This document shows positions 55,542 to 64,000 of a stretch of DNA of 64,000 nucleotides, piece after piece. The stretch's first letter is position 1. Each line of letters begins with the position of its first letter. Origin of the DNA: an uncultured Chloroflexia bacterium (GTDB taxonomy: Bacteria > Chloroflexota > Dehalococcoidia > Dehalococcoidales > RBG-16-60-22); assembly GCA_963739515.1 (NCBI GenBank), contig CAVUAO010000003.1:748170-812169 (forward strand), read 5' to 3'. A model generated the notes under the pieces. The model worked only from the letters and a program-made list of their open reading frames with translations, made no database searches and had not been told where the DNA came from. Both the position numbers and the translations under genes were made by a program.

Positions 55542-56762
55542 TTATGGAATAACGCCTTTTTCCTTAAAGTGTTCCATGTCCTCCCAGGAATAGCCATATT
55601 CCAGCAGCACTTCCTCGGTATGTTCCCCGATCTGTGGGGCTACGTGCGTGATTTTAGCGGGTGTATCGCTGAACTGGACGGGGCTGTTCAACAGCCGCGC
55701 TTTCCCTACCAAAGGATGCTCGATGTCCGTGAAGAAATTATTTACGATAGCTTGCTCATCCCTTAGGATTTCCGGTATTGTCTGGTTGCCGCTGACTATC
55801 AGGTCGTTTGCCTTGAATTCCTTCTCCCATTCCGGCCAGGTACGGGTAACGAAGAGTTTATCCAGTTCCTTAATCATCGCTTCGGCGTTTTGCTCGCGGC
55901 TTTCCATAGTAGCATAGCGCACGTCATTTATCCATTCCAGCTTGCCGATTGCTTTGCAGAATGGCTCCCAGTAGTCCTGGTTGGGATGGACCATCATCAT
56001 CCATTTGCCGTCTTTGGCTTTATAGGAGTTGTACATCGGGTTCGGGTTACACCTTCGGTCCCATATCTTTGGCGGGTACCCGTACAGGCAGACCTGCGTA
56101 TCCAGGCCCAGTGTCCATGTCGCTACGTGGTACAGGGATACTTCCAGCCCCTGCCCCTTGCCCGTCTTTTGTTTGTGGTATAAAGCCGCCAGTATCCCGC
56201 TGGTAATATGGGCGGATGTTACCATGTCCATCATGCCCGGGCGCTGTATAGCAGGGGGACTCGTCGGGTCTGCTGTTACCAGGCTCATCAGCCCGCCGTA
56301 CGACCAGGCCGCGATATAATCGTAACCCCGGTCTCTCGCTTTCGGGCCTTTTGTACCGAACCCGGTAAGCAGGCAGTGTACCAGCCCCGGGTACCTGTCC
56401 TTCAGGCTGGCATAGTCCAGCCCGAAACGCTCCAGTACGTCGATGGAGTAGTTGGTGGCAAAAACGTCGGCGTCCTTGAGGAGCCGGTGAATTATTGCCC
56501 TGCCCTCTTCTGTCCGTAGGTTTATGGCCACGCTTCTCTTGCTGCGGTTTAAGAATTCGAAGTGAAGCTCGATTTGTCCTTTATCCAGATTGAGCAGAAG
56601 CGGCGTCCTATTAAAGCTGACCAGGCTTCTCTGCCAGTCCCCCCATATCGGCTCGATCTTGATGACATCGGCGCCCCAGTCCGCCATAACGGCTGTAGCC
56701 GCCGGCACGCCGACAACTTGCTCAAACCCGATAATTTTTAATCCATCTAGTAGTCCAGCCAT
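55542..56762 (-). CDS. family III (CaiB/BaiF) CoA-transferase
   Basis: 406 aa. LDGLKIIGFEQVVGVPAATAVMADWGADVIKIE. Confidence 0.85.
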   Translation of the reverse strand: MAGLLDGLKIIGFEQVVGVPAATAVMADWGADVIKIEPIWGDWQRSLVSFNRTPLLLNLDKGQIELHFEFLNRSKRSVAINLRTEEGRAIIHRLLKDADVFATNYSIDVLERFGLDYASLKDRYPGLVHCLLTGFGTKGPKARDRGYDYIAAWSYGGLMSLVTADPTSPPAIQRPGMMDMVTSAHITSGILAALYHKQKTGKGQGLEVSLYHVATWTLGLDTQVCLYGYPPKIWDRRCNPNPMYNSYKAKDGKWMMMVHPNQDYWEPFCKAIGKLEWINDVRYATMESREQNAEAMIKELDKLFVTRTWPEWEKEFKANDLIVSGNQTIPEILRDEQAIVNNFFTDIEHPLVGKARLLNSPVQFSDTPAKITHVAPQIGEHTEEVLLEYGYSWEDMEHFKEKGVIP

Positions 56763-56927
56763 ATTTTTTCATTCCTTTAGAATAATCTCTCGGGGATACC
56801 CATATTGACAGACGGGCATCCAGAAATCTCTGAAAAGCAGACAAGCGAACGGATTCATCAATCTATTCTCACATTTTTGCGAGCATGTTAAGGGACTCTA
56901 TTTCAAGCCCGAGGGAAACCCGAAACA

Positions 56928-56981
56928 AGAGCCGCTATCTGCTGATGACAAATCGGCTGTCCTGCCGGATATAGCGGCTCT
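56928..56981 (-). terminator. long-loop hairpin downstream of cupin gene (possible terminator)
   Basis: Perfect 11-bp arms agagccgctat (56928-56938) and atagcggctct (56971-56981). On the minus strand it is followed by tgtttcgggttt. Confidence 0.4.
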
Positions 56982-57030
56982 TTATCACGGTGCGATGAGT
57001 CGTTCCCGGGCTGCCCCAGGCAGGTCCGCT

Positions 57031-57372
57031 TTAGTCGTAACTTATAGCTACCAGCATGGTTACTGGTTTATTGGTTTTATTGATAATTTCCCTTCCCTCG
57101 TTAGGAGCCAGGAAAAGCAGGTCCATGGGTTTCAGGGTAAATTCATCCTTCTTGGTCTTAACGGTGAGTTCTCCGTCCAGTACGACGTATACTTTTTCCG
57201 TAGGTGAGTCTTCGTAAGCATATTTTGCCCCGCCGCCGGGCAGGAAATAGGAAAGCCCCACCCAGAACTTTTTAGCGCCCGTTTCATCCTTGCCGCTCAG
57301 CCTGAGGGCAGTCACATCGAAGTGGCCCGGCGCGGCATACGGTTTAACCTGGTTCAGACTAATTTTTTTCAT
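57031..57372 (-). CDS. cupin-domain protein
   Basis: 113 aa. Single small beta-barrel pattern (VYVVLDGELTV...LLFLAPNEGREIIN). Confidence 0.65.
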   Translation of the reverse strand: MKKISLNQVKPYAAPGHFDVTALRLSGKDETGAKKFWVGLSYFLPGGGAKYAYEDSPTEKVYVVLDGELTVKTKKDEFTLKPMDLLFLAPNEGREIINKTNKPVTMLVAISYD

Positions 57373-57418
57373 AGCTCCCCCTATATATTACGAATCATAA
57401 CTAATATTGATAGTTATT

Positions 57419-58225
57419 TTATTGTGTGCCGTACTTGTAGACCCGGTCTGGGACACGGTTGATATTTTCTTCATCAATGAAGGCGACCATGCGGACGATA
57501 GAGCCGTCGCCCATATACCAGCGAATAGGAAAGCCGGATATCTTACACCGCTTGCCCACAACTTTGGCGATATCGCCGCCGACATTCTCCCAGCCTAGGA
57601 GGCCGTTTCTCATAAGCAGGTTATGGCACGGCTCCCATTCCGGGAAATCTTGGAGCACATCGTGACCTGTCAGCTGCTTGTACTCTTCGCAAACATCTTT
57701 TCTCAGGGGTCCCGGGCCATGAGGGCCGATGGCGGTATGCAGCGGGTGGTCCAGTGCCTGCTGGTCCACGCCGACAGCTTTAGCTTTGTGGGAAACGAAC
57801 CATTCCCCGGCCTCTTTGCCCAGGCCGGGTGAGTAGCAGAAATAGGTGGTGTTATCGCCCCAGTATTTATTCCAGCCGGTATGGACAATAATGATATCGC
57901 CGGCTTTCATCGGCAGCTTCTTGTTGGCGGCGTCGAGGTCCTTGGCGGTAATAAGTTCCCATTTCTTCTTGGGAATATCCCAGACGACGGCATCGCCATA
58001 ATAGCAGGTCAGGGGAATTTCATGGGTAAAACGTCCTCCCTCGAAGACATGGGCCGGCGAATCGGCATGAGTTGTACAATGCATTACGGTGGTTACCGTC
58101 TGAGAAAGCACGCCGGATTTAGCCATATAATGCATTCTCTCAATCTTAACATCCGCAAAATACGGCCAGAGCGGTGAACCGTTACCGAATGGATGGCTTA
58201 AATCAACCAGTATTTCTTTTCCCAT
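57419..58225 (-). CDS. cyclase-family (kynurenine-formamidase-like) metal hydrolase
   Basis: 268 aa. Motif HCTTHADSPAH equals HxGTHxDxPxH with G replaced by T. Confidence 0.8.
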   Translation of the reverse strand: MGKEILVDLSHPFGNGSPLWPYFADVKIERMHYMAKSGVLSQTVTTVMHCTTHADSPAHVFEGGRFTHEIPLTCYYGDAVVWDIPKKKWELITAKDLDAANKKLPMKAGDIIIVHTGWNKYWGDNTTYFCYSPGLGKEAGEWFVSHKAKAVGVDQQALDHPLHTAIGPHGPGPLRKDVCEEYKQLTGHDVLQDFPEWEPCHNLLMRNGLLGWENVGGDIAKVVGKRCKISGFPIRWYMGDGSIVRMVAFIDEENINRVPDRVYKYGTQ

Positions 58226-58264
58226 AATGGATACCTCCTTGAATTATTACTATCAAGTATTGTA

Positions 58265-59035
58265 TTAGCAGGTAGTCACGCCGCCGTCGATATAGAGTAT
58301 TTGTCCGGTGATAAAATTGGAAGCTGCTGACGCAAAAAATATGGTAGCCCCGACGATGTCCTCCGGTAGAGCCCAGCGGCCCATGGGGATGCGGCTCTTC
58401 ATATACTTGGCATAATCCGGATTAAGCAAAGCCTCAGGAGTCAGTGTCAAAGGGGTCTCCACAATAGTGGGGGCCACCGCATTTACCAGCACGTTATGTT
58501 TCGCCCACTCGCAGGCGAGCGTACGCGTCAGGGTGTCCACCGCTCCCTTGCTGGCACAGTAGGCGGCATAGTTAGCTGGCAGGCCATATCTGCCCCGCAC
58601 CGACGAAAGGTTGATAATCCGGCCGCTTTTTTGCTTAATCATGACCCGGCCCACTGCCTGGCAACACAGGAACGTCCCGCGGGTATTGATATCCATCACC
58701 TGTTGCCATTCGTCAATGGGGAAAGTTTCGGCAGGTTTGCGAATAGATATCCCATGAGCATTTACCAGGATATCGATGTGAGAAAATTTTTTCATGACGG
58801 TGTCTACCATGGCTGCCACGGATTTTTCTTGAGAGACATCAACGGCGACCGCCAGGGACTTCCTCCCTTTGCCCTGTATTTCTTTAACTACCGGCTCGAG
58901 GTGCTCCAATTTCCGACTGGTTATAATAACATCCGCGCCAGCATCGGCTAAACCCAGAGCTTGAGCATGTCCAATGCCACCCCCGCCACCGGCCACGACC
59001 GCCACTTTACCCGTAAGATCAAATAAATTAGTCAT
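58265..59035 (-). CDS. SDR-family oxidoreductase (candidate phloroglucinol-reductase-like)
   Basis: 256 aa. Has VAGGGGGIG, an NAHG variant and YCASK. The substrate is inferred only from gene context. Confidence 0.8.
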   Translation of the reverse strand: MTNLFDLTGKVAVVAGGGGGIGHAQALGLADAGADVIITSRKLEHLEPVVKEIQGKGRKSLAVAVDVSQEKSVAAMVDTVMKKFSHIDILVNAHGISIRKPAETFPIDEWQQVMDINTRGTFLCCQAVGRVMIKQKSGRIINLSSVRGRYGLPANYAAYCASKGAVDTLTRTLACEWAKHNVLVNAVAPTIVETPLTLTPEALLNPDYAKYMKSRIPMGRWALPEDIVGATIFFASAASNFITGQILYIDGGVTTC

Positions 59036-59072
59036 TTTAGTTATCCCCCTTAAACTCTAAACGCGCAACTAT

Positions 59073-59909
59073 TTAAGCCTTCGCCAAAAATATATCGCCA
59101 AGGTATTTGTCGGTTTTCAGATCAACACTGACTGCCTTTGGGTTATAGCCGGTAAATTCCAGGTTTAACTTGTATTTCCCGGCGTCAAGACCATCGAATT
59201 CAAAATCGCCGTAGTTGTTGGTCGTTGTCTTGAAAGACTTTCCATCGACCGTCAGAGTTGCTTTGACCCCATCGGCGCATTCATCTGTGTCCCCGAATAC
59301 CACCGTGCCGGCGATGAAGCTCCTGGTTATTTTGTAAAGGTCGATATAGTATACGCTGGGGCCGGTGTTCCATTCAGGGTGGAAAACCTCGGCCCTGGAT
59401 GATTTTAACAGTTTGGATGCCTCACTCTTCGGGTCGTCCAGATCGCCGAAAGTCAAAGCTCCGGTCGGGCAGGCCTGAACACACCGGGGAATCCCGCCTT
59501 CTTCCAGCCGGTGGACACAGAAGGTGCATTTCTGGGGGAGCTTCTTGTCTTCATTCCAGTAGATCACCCCGTAAGGACAGGACTTAACTACCTGGGACTG
59601 CCCGACGGCCTTCTGCGGGTCGATGACCACGATACCGTCAGGTCTCTGATAGAGAGCACCGTTCTTGGCTGCCTTAATGCACGGCGCATCCTCGCACTGC
59701 ATACAGGGCAAAGGCATATAGGCAACTTTGATAAAGGGATGTTTACCGCGTTCGTTCTTGGGAAGATTCATCCAGAACTGCCCGTGCCTCGGCTGGGCGG
59801 CAGTGTAGGGAGGATAATCGTTATCCCAGTATTCGTCTTTACAGGCAATAAAACAGCAATAGCAGGCATTGCATTTTGATATATCGACTACTAAACCCCA
59901 CTTAGTCAT
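59073..59909 (-). CDS. 4Fe-4S subunit of a DMSO-reductase-family enzyme, pyrogallol-phloroglucinol transhydroxylase small-subunit (BthL)-like
   Basis: Start preferred at ATG 59909 (MTKWGLVVDISKCNACYCC), where GGAGGA lies within the codons of the alternative ATG 59924. Has Cys clusters and a C-terminal beta-sandwich-like tail (YGDFEFDGLDAGKYKLNLEF). Both resemble my recollection of Pelobacter BthL. Confidence 0.8.
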   Translation of the reverse strand: MTKWGLVVDISKCNACYCCFIACKDEYWDNDYPPYTAAQPRHGQFWMNLPKNERGKHPFIKVAYMPLPCMQCEDAPCIKAAKNGALYQRPDGIVVIDPQKAVGQSQVVKSCPYGVIYWNEDKKLPQKCTFCVHRLEEGGIPRCVQACPTGALTFGDLDDPKSEASKLLKSSRAEVFHPEWNTGPSVYYIDLYKITRSFIAGTVVFGDTDECADGVKATLTVDGKSFKTTTNNYGDFEFDGLDAGKYKLNLEFTGYNPKAVSVDLKTDKYLGDIFLAKA

Positions 59910-59928
59910 ATTTTTATCCTCCATTACT

Positions 59929-62526
59929 CTACTTCCATTTTTCTATTTCGACCAGGCATGAGTTTGGAGCCATGCCGCAGGCATTTTTGGAAATGAAGCG
60001 ATGATTGGTCAGCAGGTTAATGCATCCGCCCTTATCCGGCTGATTCACCGGGCTTGCCGATAGGCTCATAGATGGCGCAGGACTCATAGGAATGAACGAC
60101 TCCCGGCGGCACGCGTCCGGTGACCTGGGCGGCCAGTAACACTTCACCCCGGTCATTAAAGGCTTTGACGATGTCGCCTTCTTTAATACCCCTCTTTTTG
60201 GCGTCGTCCGGGTTGATACGGATCACCCAGTAATAATACCCGTCCGCCATCTTGACCCTGTGTTCCGGTATCTCGTTCACCCAACATTCCTTGCCATCAT
60301 ACATGGTATGGAAGCTGTAAGCTGGGATGGGGTGAAATTAGTTGCAGCGGATATTTTGTATACAAGCTCCGTGGTATGATGCCCTTCCCATGAAGGGATA
60401 TATTTGGTGACGGGCGGTCTCTCCTTGATCGTTGGGGTCAAAGCGCTTGAGACTCTGCGATTCAAATTCAATTTTGCCCGATCTGGGTATCGACGTGACC
60501 TACGGCATCAGGCAAGTCCCTGGGTAGCGCCGCCGACAGGGCCCCAGTCGATGTCATCCTTTTTCCTGTTTTCGGCAAACCATCTGAGGGCCGGGGTTGG
60601 TTTATAGTTTTTCGGCAGCGGTACGACGAAGTAGCCCTTCTTCTCGAATTCTTCCCAGGAAATATATTTCGGCAGGTCGCTGGCTTGAACACGCTCTTTA
60701 CCCAGTCCAGTTCGTTCAGTGCCGCCTTCGGTGAATTTCTCGTAGAACCCGAGTCTCTTGGCGACCATGGCGAATATCTCATAGTCAGACTTGGACTCAC
60801 CGAGCGGCTCGATGCATTTCTTCTGGAAGACGATCATCCGGCGGTTGCACCCGTAAGACGAATGGGGGATATAGCCTGAGCAGTTGGCCCACTCGCCGAT
60901 GTCCCACCTCTCGAAGTTGGAGCAGGCGGGCAGTATCAGGTCGGCGAATTTAGCTTCACCTTCCAGGTAAATAGACTGGTTGACGACAAATTCCAGCTTG
61001 GGGCTCTGGTACATCTTAACCCAGCGGTTGGTATTGTTCATGGTGCCGATATAGGCCCCGCCATAACGCCAGAACATCTTCAGATCTGAGAATACCCGTC
61101 TTCAGGGTATTTATATTTCTTGAACTGGGTCTCGGTGGAATCGCCGCAGAAGCCCTTGCCCCGCCATTCCTGGGGTGGGTCCATGATGCATTCCGGCACC
61201 AGGATCCTGGGTATATGCTGCCCGCCGGGATTGTTCAACGTTGAACTCGTCGGGTGGGCGGTGATGCCGCGAGGTATCAACTGGTAAGCGGCAGCAGTGT
61301 TGGCAGGATCGCCGGATATACCGCCTTCAGCGTATCCCGGGAAAAAGAAATCGCCATTGTAGGGGGCGCCGCCGGTGGTCGACCAGATGTTGCTGCCCGG
61401 TTTGCCCAACCCCTGCATGGCGGCCAGCAGCACCATCATCCTCGCCCATTCCGTGCCGTAGGCGGTGCGGCAGGCGCCTCCCCACCCTCCGAGCCCCCCG
61501 GCTGCCAGCATGGTCTTCTTTTTGCCCCATTCCCTGGCCAGGGCTCTAATTTCACGGGCCGGTATCCGCGATTCCTTCTCGCGCCCATTCCGGAGTCTTG
61601 GGAATGCCGTCATCCTTGCCCAAAATATAATCGCACCATTTATCAAAGCCATAGGTATGCGTCTTGACATATTCTTTATCGTAGAGGTTTTCGGTTAGCC
61701 AGACATAAGCGATAGCAGCGGCGAAAGCCGTATCGGTACCCGGCCTGGGAGCGAACCATTTATCGGAGTAGTTGATGGCGGTGAAGTTGAAGAAGGGGTC
61801 GATAAAGACCATTTTAATTCCCAGTTCTTTCAGCCAGAAACGCCTTATCGCCGATTCCTGTCCGGCGTAGATGCCGCTGGTGGTTGAAGGGTCGCTCGAC
61901 CAGTAGACGATCATCTCGGTGTGTTTCAGCGCATCATCCAGGAGGTCGTACTGTCCGGGTATGCCGAGCCTCCAGGAAAAACCCCAGTTATGCATGGCGC
62001 CCCAGTGCCAGCCTTCCCAGCTGTCCGGGTTATGGTCGGCATAGGTGTAGCCCAGGATATTCATAAACCTGAAATAGGTACTGTGACGATAACCGACATT
62101 GCCCCAGTTGTGGTGAGAATCCGTCGTGCTCAACATTGCGCCGGGACCGTAAGTTGTACGTACTCGAATTATTTCATCACAGAGGATATCCAGGGCTTTT
62201 TCCCAACTTATCTCCTTGTAGCCCGATTTGCCCCTGTTCGCCTGCTTCCTGTCTCCCTTGAGACTGAAGTCTTCTCTTAAAAGGGGATGAAGAATACGGC
62301 TGGTGCCATATATCCTCGACCTTTCCGCCAGGGCGTATGAGGAGACCCTCGCCCTGTTTTCCGGAGAGAATTTCTTGCCGCGCGCCTCGATGACCCAGGT
62401 TGCGTCATCTTTGTCGAGTTCCAGTGGCTCGATGCGTGTTATCCTCCCCTCCTTCACATAAACATTGACCGGCCCTCCTGTAGTGCAGCTGGTAAGGACC
62501 TGCTCGTATTTTTTCGTATTTATCAT
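59929..62526 (-). pseudogene. molybdopterin subunit, pyrogallol-phloroglucinol transhydroxylase large-subunit (AthL)-like, about eight frame disruptions
   Basis: Pieces are 61552..62526, 61080..61670, 60508..61077, 60468..60800 (tail), 60277..60471, 60032..60304 and 59929..60156. Diagnostic strings include HHNWGNVGYRHSTYFRFMNILGYTYADHNPDSWEGWHWG, AAGGLGGWGGACR, LPACSNFERWDI and GGCINLLT...LVEIEKW. No Tat signal. Own retranslation places the shifts near 61580, 61081, 60515, 60478, 60420, 60355, 60320 and 60037. Confidence 0.85.
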
Positions 62527-62822
62527 ATTTTATTACCTCCCGCTTCGTTTTCGATTGGCCATGATTGCGTCAGGATTCTTGATAATGACGCATCAAGAGC
62601 TATTGCATGTTGCCATCATCCTTTACTTACAGGTCTCATTCACTTTTCGAGTTTTTTTGTTCCGATGCCGGGCTGGATCCGGAAAGGCAAAATGTCAAGT
62701 TCATTTTATTGCCTGAAACATACCATATCGTCTATCGCTGATCAATCTGAGTAGACCGGCCAAATTTTTCCTGAAACTCGCCGGACTTAAAACCGTTATT
62801 AAAAATCCTTTATCTCGTTAAA

Positions 62823-63905
62823 CTACAGTTTAAAACCTGGTGGCAATGGCGTGAAACGCATATCGCCAAAGTCATATTTCGGCGTCATGGCGATAACTAC
62901 CATCAGGAAAGGCCTGTCAACCCTCTTGAAATAATGTGGATTATGTGCCAGGCCCGCCGGCACCCACTCAGCCGTCGCTTTGGTGGTGACGAATTTCTCT
63001 GCCTCGTTTCCCTCACCCAGCCAGAACTCGACTTCTCCGCCTAGATTCAGCGTGTCGTGCGGGTCAAGCCCGACGAAAAGGAAAAGTTCATCGAAGTTGT
63101 GCGCATGGCCACCTCCTTCGGTGCCCTCTGCCGCACCACCCTTGAGGATAGTTGGCTCCAGGGAGGGGAGTCCTATTCCGGTTCCCGCGGCATATACATG
63201 GAAAATTTCAACCCAGATGGTAGCGTCAGGATAAGTGGTCTTATCGAACATCAGTGTCGGTACGGCTACCATGCCGCGTTGATAAGGAAATAAACGGTCC
63301 GTGGCAAATTTCACTTCATTAACATATTTCGTGTATAGCCCTTTACCCTTTTGCTCCTGCCCCACTTTTTCAAAGGAAAAGGCCGGCGGAAGCGGAATCG
63401 AGCGAGAAGCGCCGGGATCGAGGCTGTACGTAGGTGTCATGGCAATAGCCATTTCAATGATAGGTCTATCGCGGCTAGCGACCTTGGTAAAATAATGCGG
63501 ATTATGTGCCACGTTCCGCGGGACCCATTCGGCCGTCGGTGTTTTAGCGATAAATTTCTGCGCATCTTTTCCTTCGCCCAGCCAGAACTCGACCTCACCC
63601 CCTAGAGATAAGACATCATGCGGATTACTCCCGAAAAACAAAAAGAGTTCGTCGAAGTCGGGGTGCGCGTGCTGTCCGCCGTCGCCCGGCATCTCTCTAC
63701 CTTCGATTATCATCGGCAATTCGCCAGGGATCATAACTCCGGACCCTGGCGCGTAGATATGGAACGTTTCGACCCAGATTTTGGCCCCCGGGAAGACTTT
63801 TTGGTCGAAAATCAGCGAAAAATCCGCAATCTTGCCCCGGTAGGCTGGGCGTATCAACTCCGTCCATAGCCTTAAGTCGTGAACATATTTTGTATATTTT
63901 CCCAT
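62823..63905 (-). CDS. bicupin protein (internally duplicated cupin), unknown function
   Basis: 360 aa. The halves share HAHP(N)FDELFLF.G..PHD.L.LGGEVEFWLGEG...TAEWVP...AHNPHYF. AAGGAGGG SD present. Confidence 0.6.
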   Translation of the reverse strand: MGKYTKYVHDLRLWTELIRPAYRGKIADFSLIFDQKVFPGAKIWVETFHIYAPGSGVMIPGELPMIIEGREMPGDGGQHAHPDFDELFLFFGSNPHDVLSLGGEVEFWLGEGKDAQKFIAKTPTAEWVPRNVAHNPHYFTKVASRDRPIIEMAIAMTPTYSLDPGASRSIPLPPAFSFEKVGQEQKGKGLYTKYVNEVKFATDRLFPYQRGMVAVPTLMFDKTTYPDATIWVEIFHVYAAGTGIGLPSLEPTILKGGAAEGTEGGGHAHNFDELFLFVGLDPHDTLNLGGEVEFWLGEGNEAEKFVTTKATAEWVPAGLAHNPHYFKRVDRPFLMVVIAMTPKYDFGDMRFTPLPPGFKL

Positions 63906-64000
63906 TTAACCATGCCCTCCTTTTAAAATTTCTGATTTTCTATTTTTCTTTTGCTTTGAGCTATTATCTTATTTGATGCTGCGATCGCATATCTTTTTCG

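Overview
The window is gene-dense bacterial chromosome from a probable strict anaerobe. This is inferred from ferredoxin-dependent 2-oxoacid oxidoreductase, HdrD/GlcF-like Fe-S proteins, an FTR-like protein and many CoA-transferase, thiolase and SDR genes. I found no rRNA, tRNA, CRISPR array, transposase or integrase. Positions 1-38,100 are visibly GC-rich. They encode alcohol dehydrogenases, KorAB-like oxidoreductase, a MoxR/DUF58/DUF4129 operon, epmA-efp and a GlcD/E/F-like flavoprotein operon ending in two bicupin genes. They also encode an enolase-superfamily/PrpD pair, a CoA-transferase/thiolase/HMGCS-like/DUF35 block, an FTR-rubredoxin plus glutaredoxin pair and marR with two MATE pumps. 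Further along are an uncharacterised three-gene operon, a ParB-fold orphan, a presenilin-type protease and an AprAB-like flavoprotein pair. From about 38.1 kb, and most strongly 44.2-54.7 kb, the GC content looks lower by eye. This part holds an ATPase-less peptide-type ABC importer, IclR and MarR regulators, and what I read as a polyphenol/phloroglucinol catabolic island. The island contains a PhlG/phloretin-hydrolase-like gene with a ferredoxin and flavoprotein, plus pyrogallol-phloroglucinol transhydroxylase-like alpha and beta subunits. These are followed by an SDR, a cyclase-family hydrolase, a cupin, a CoA-transferase and a second SDR. Three things stand out. At least 14 single-nucleotide frame disruptions occur, about eight of them in the transhydroxylase-like alpha gene. 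A dispersed double-hairpin intergenic repeat is present in three full copies and one partial copy. Several protein families are unrecognised: three internally duplicated cupins and a tandem pair with a C-terminal Cys/His motif. All functional calls come from reading motifs and recalled family signatures. No database search was run.
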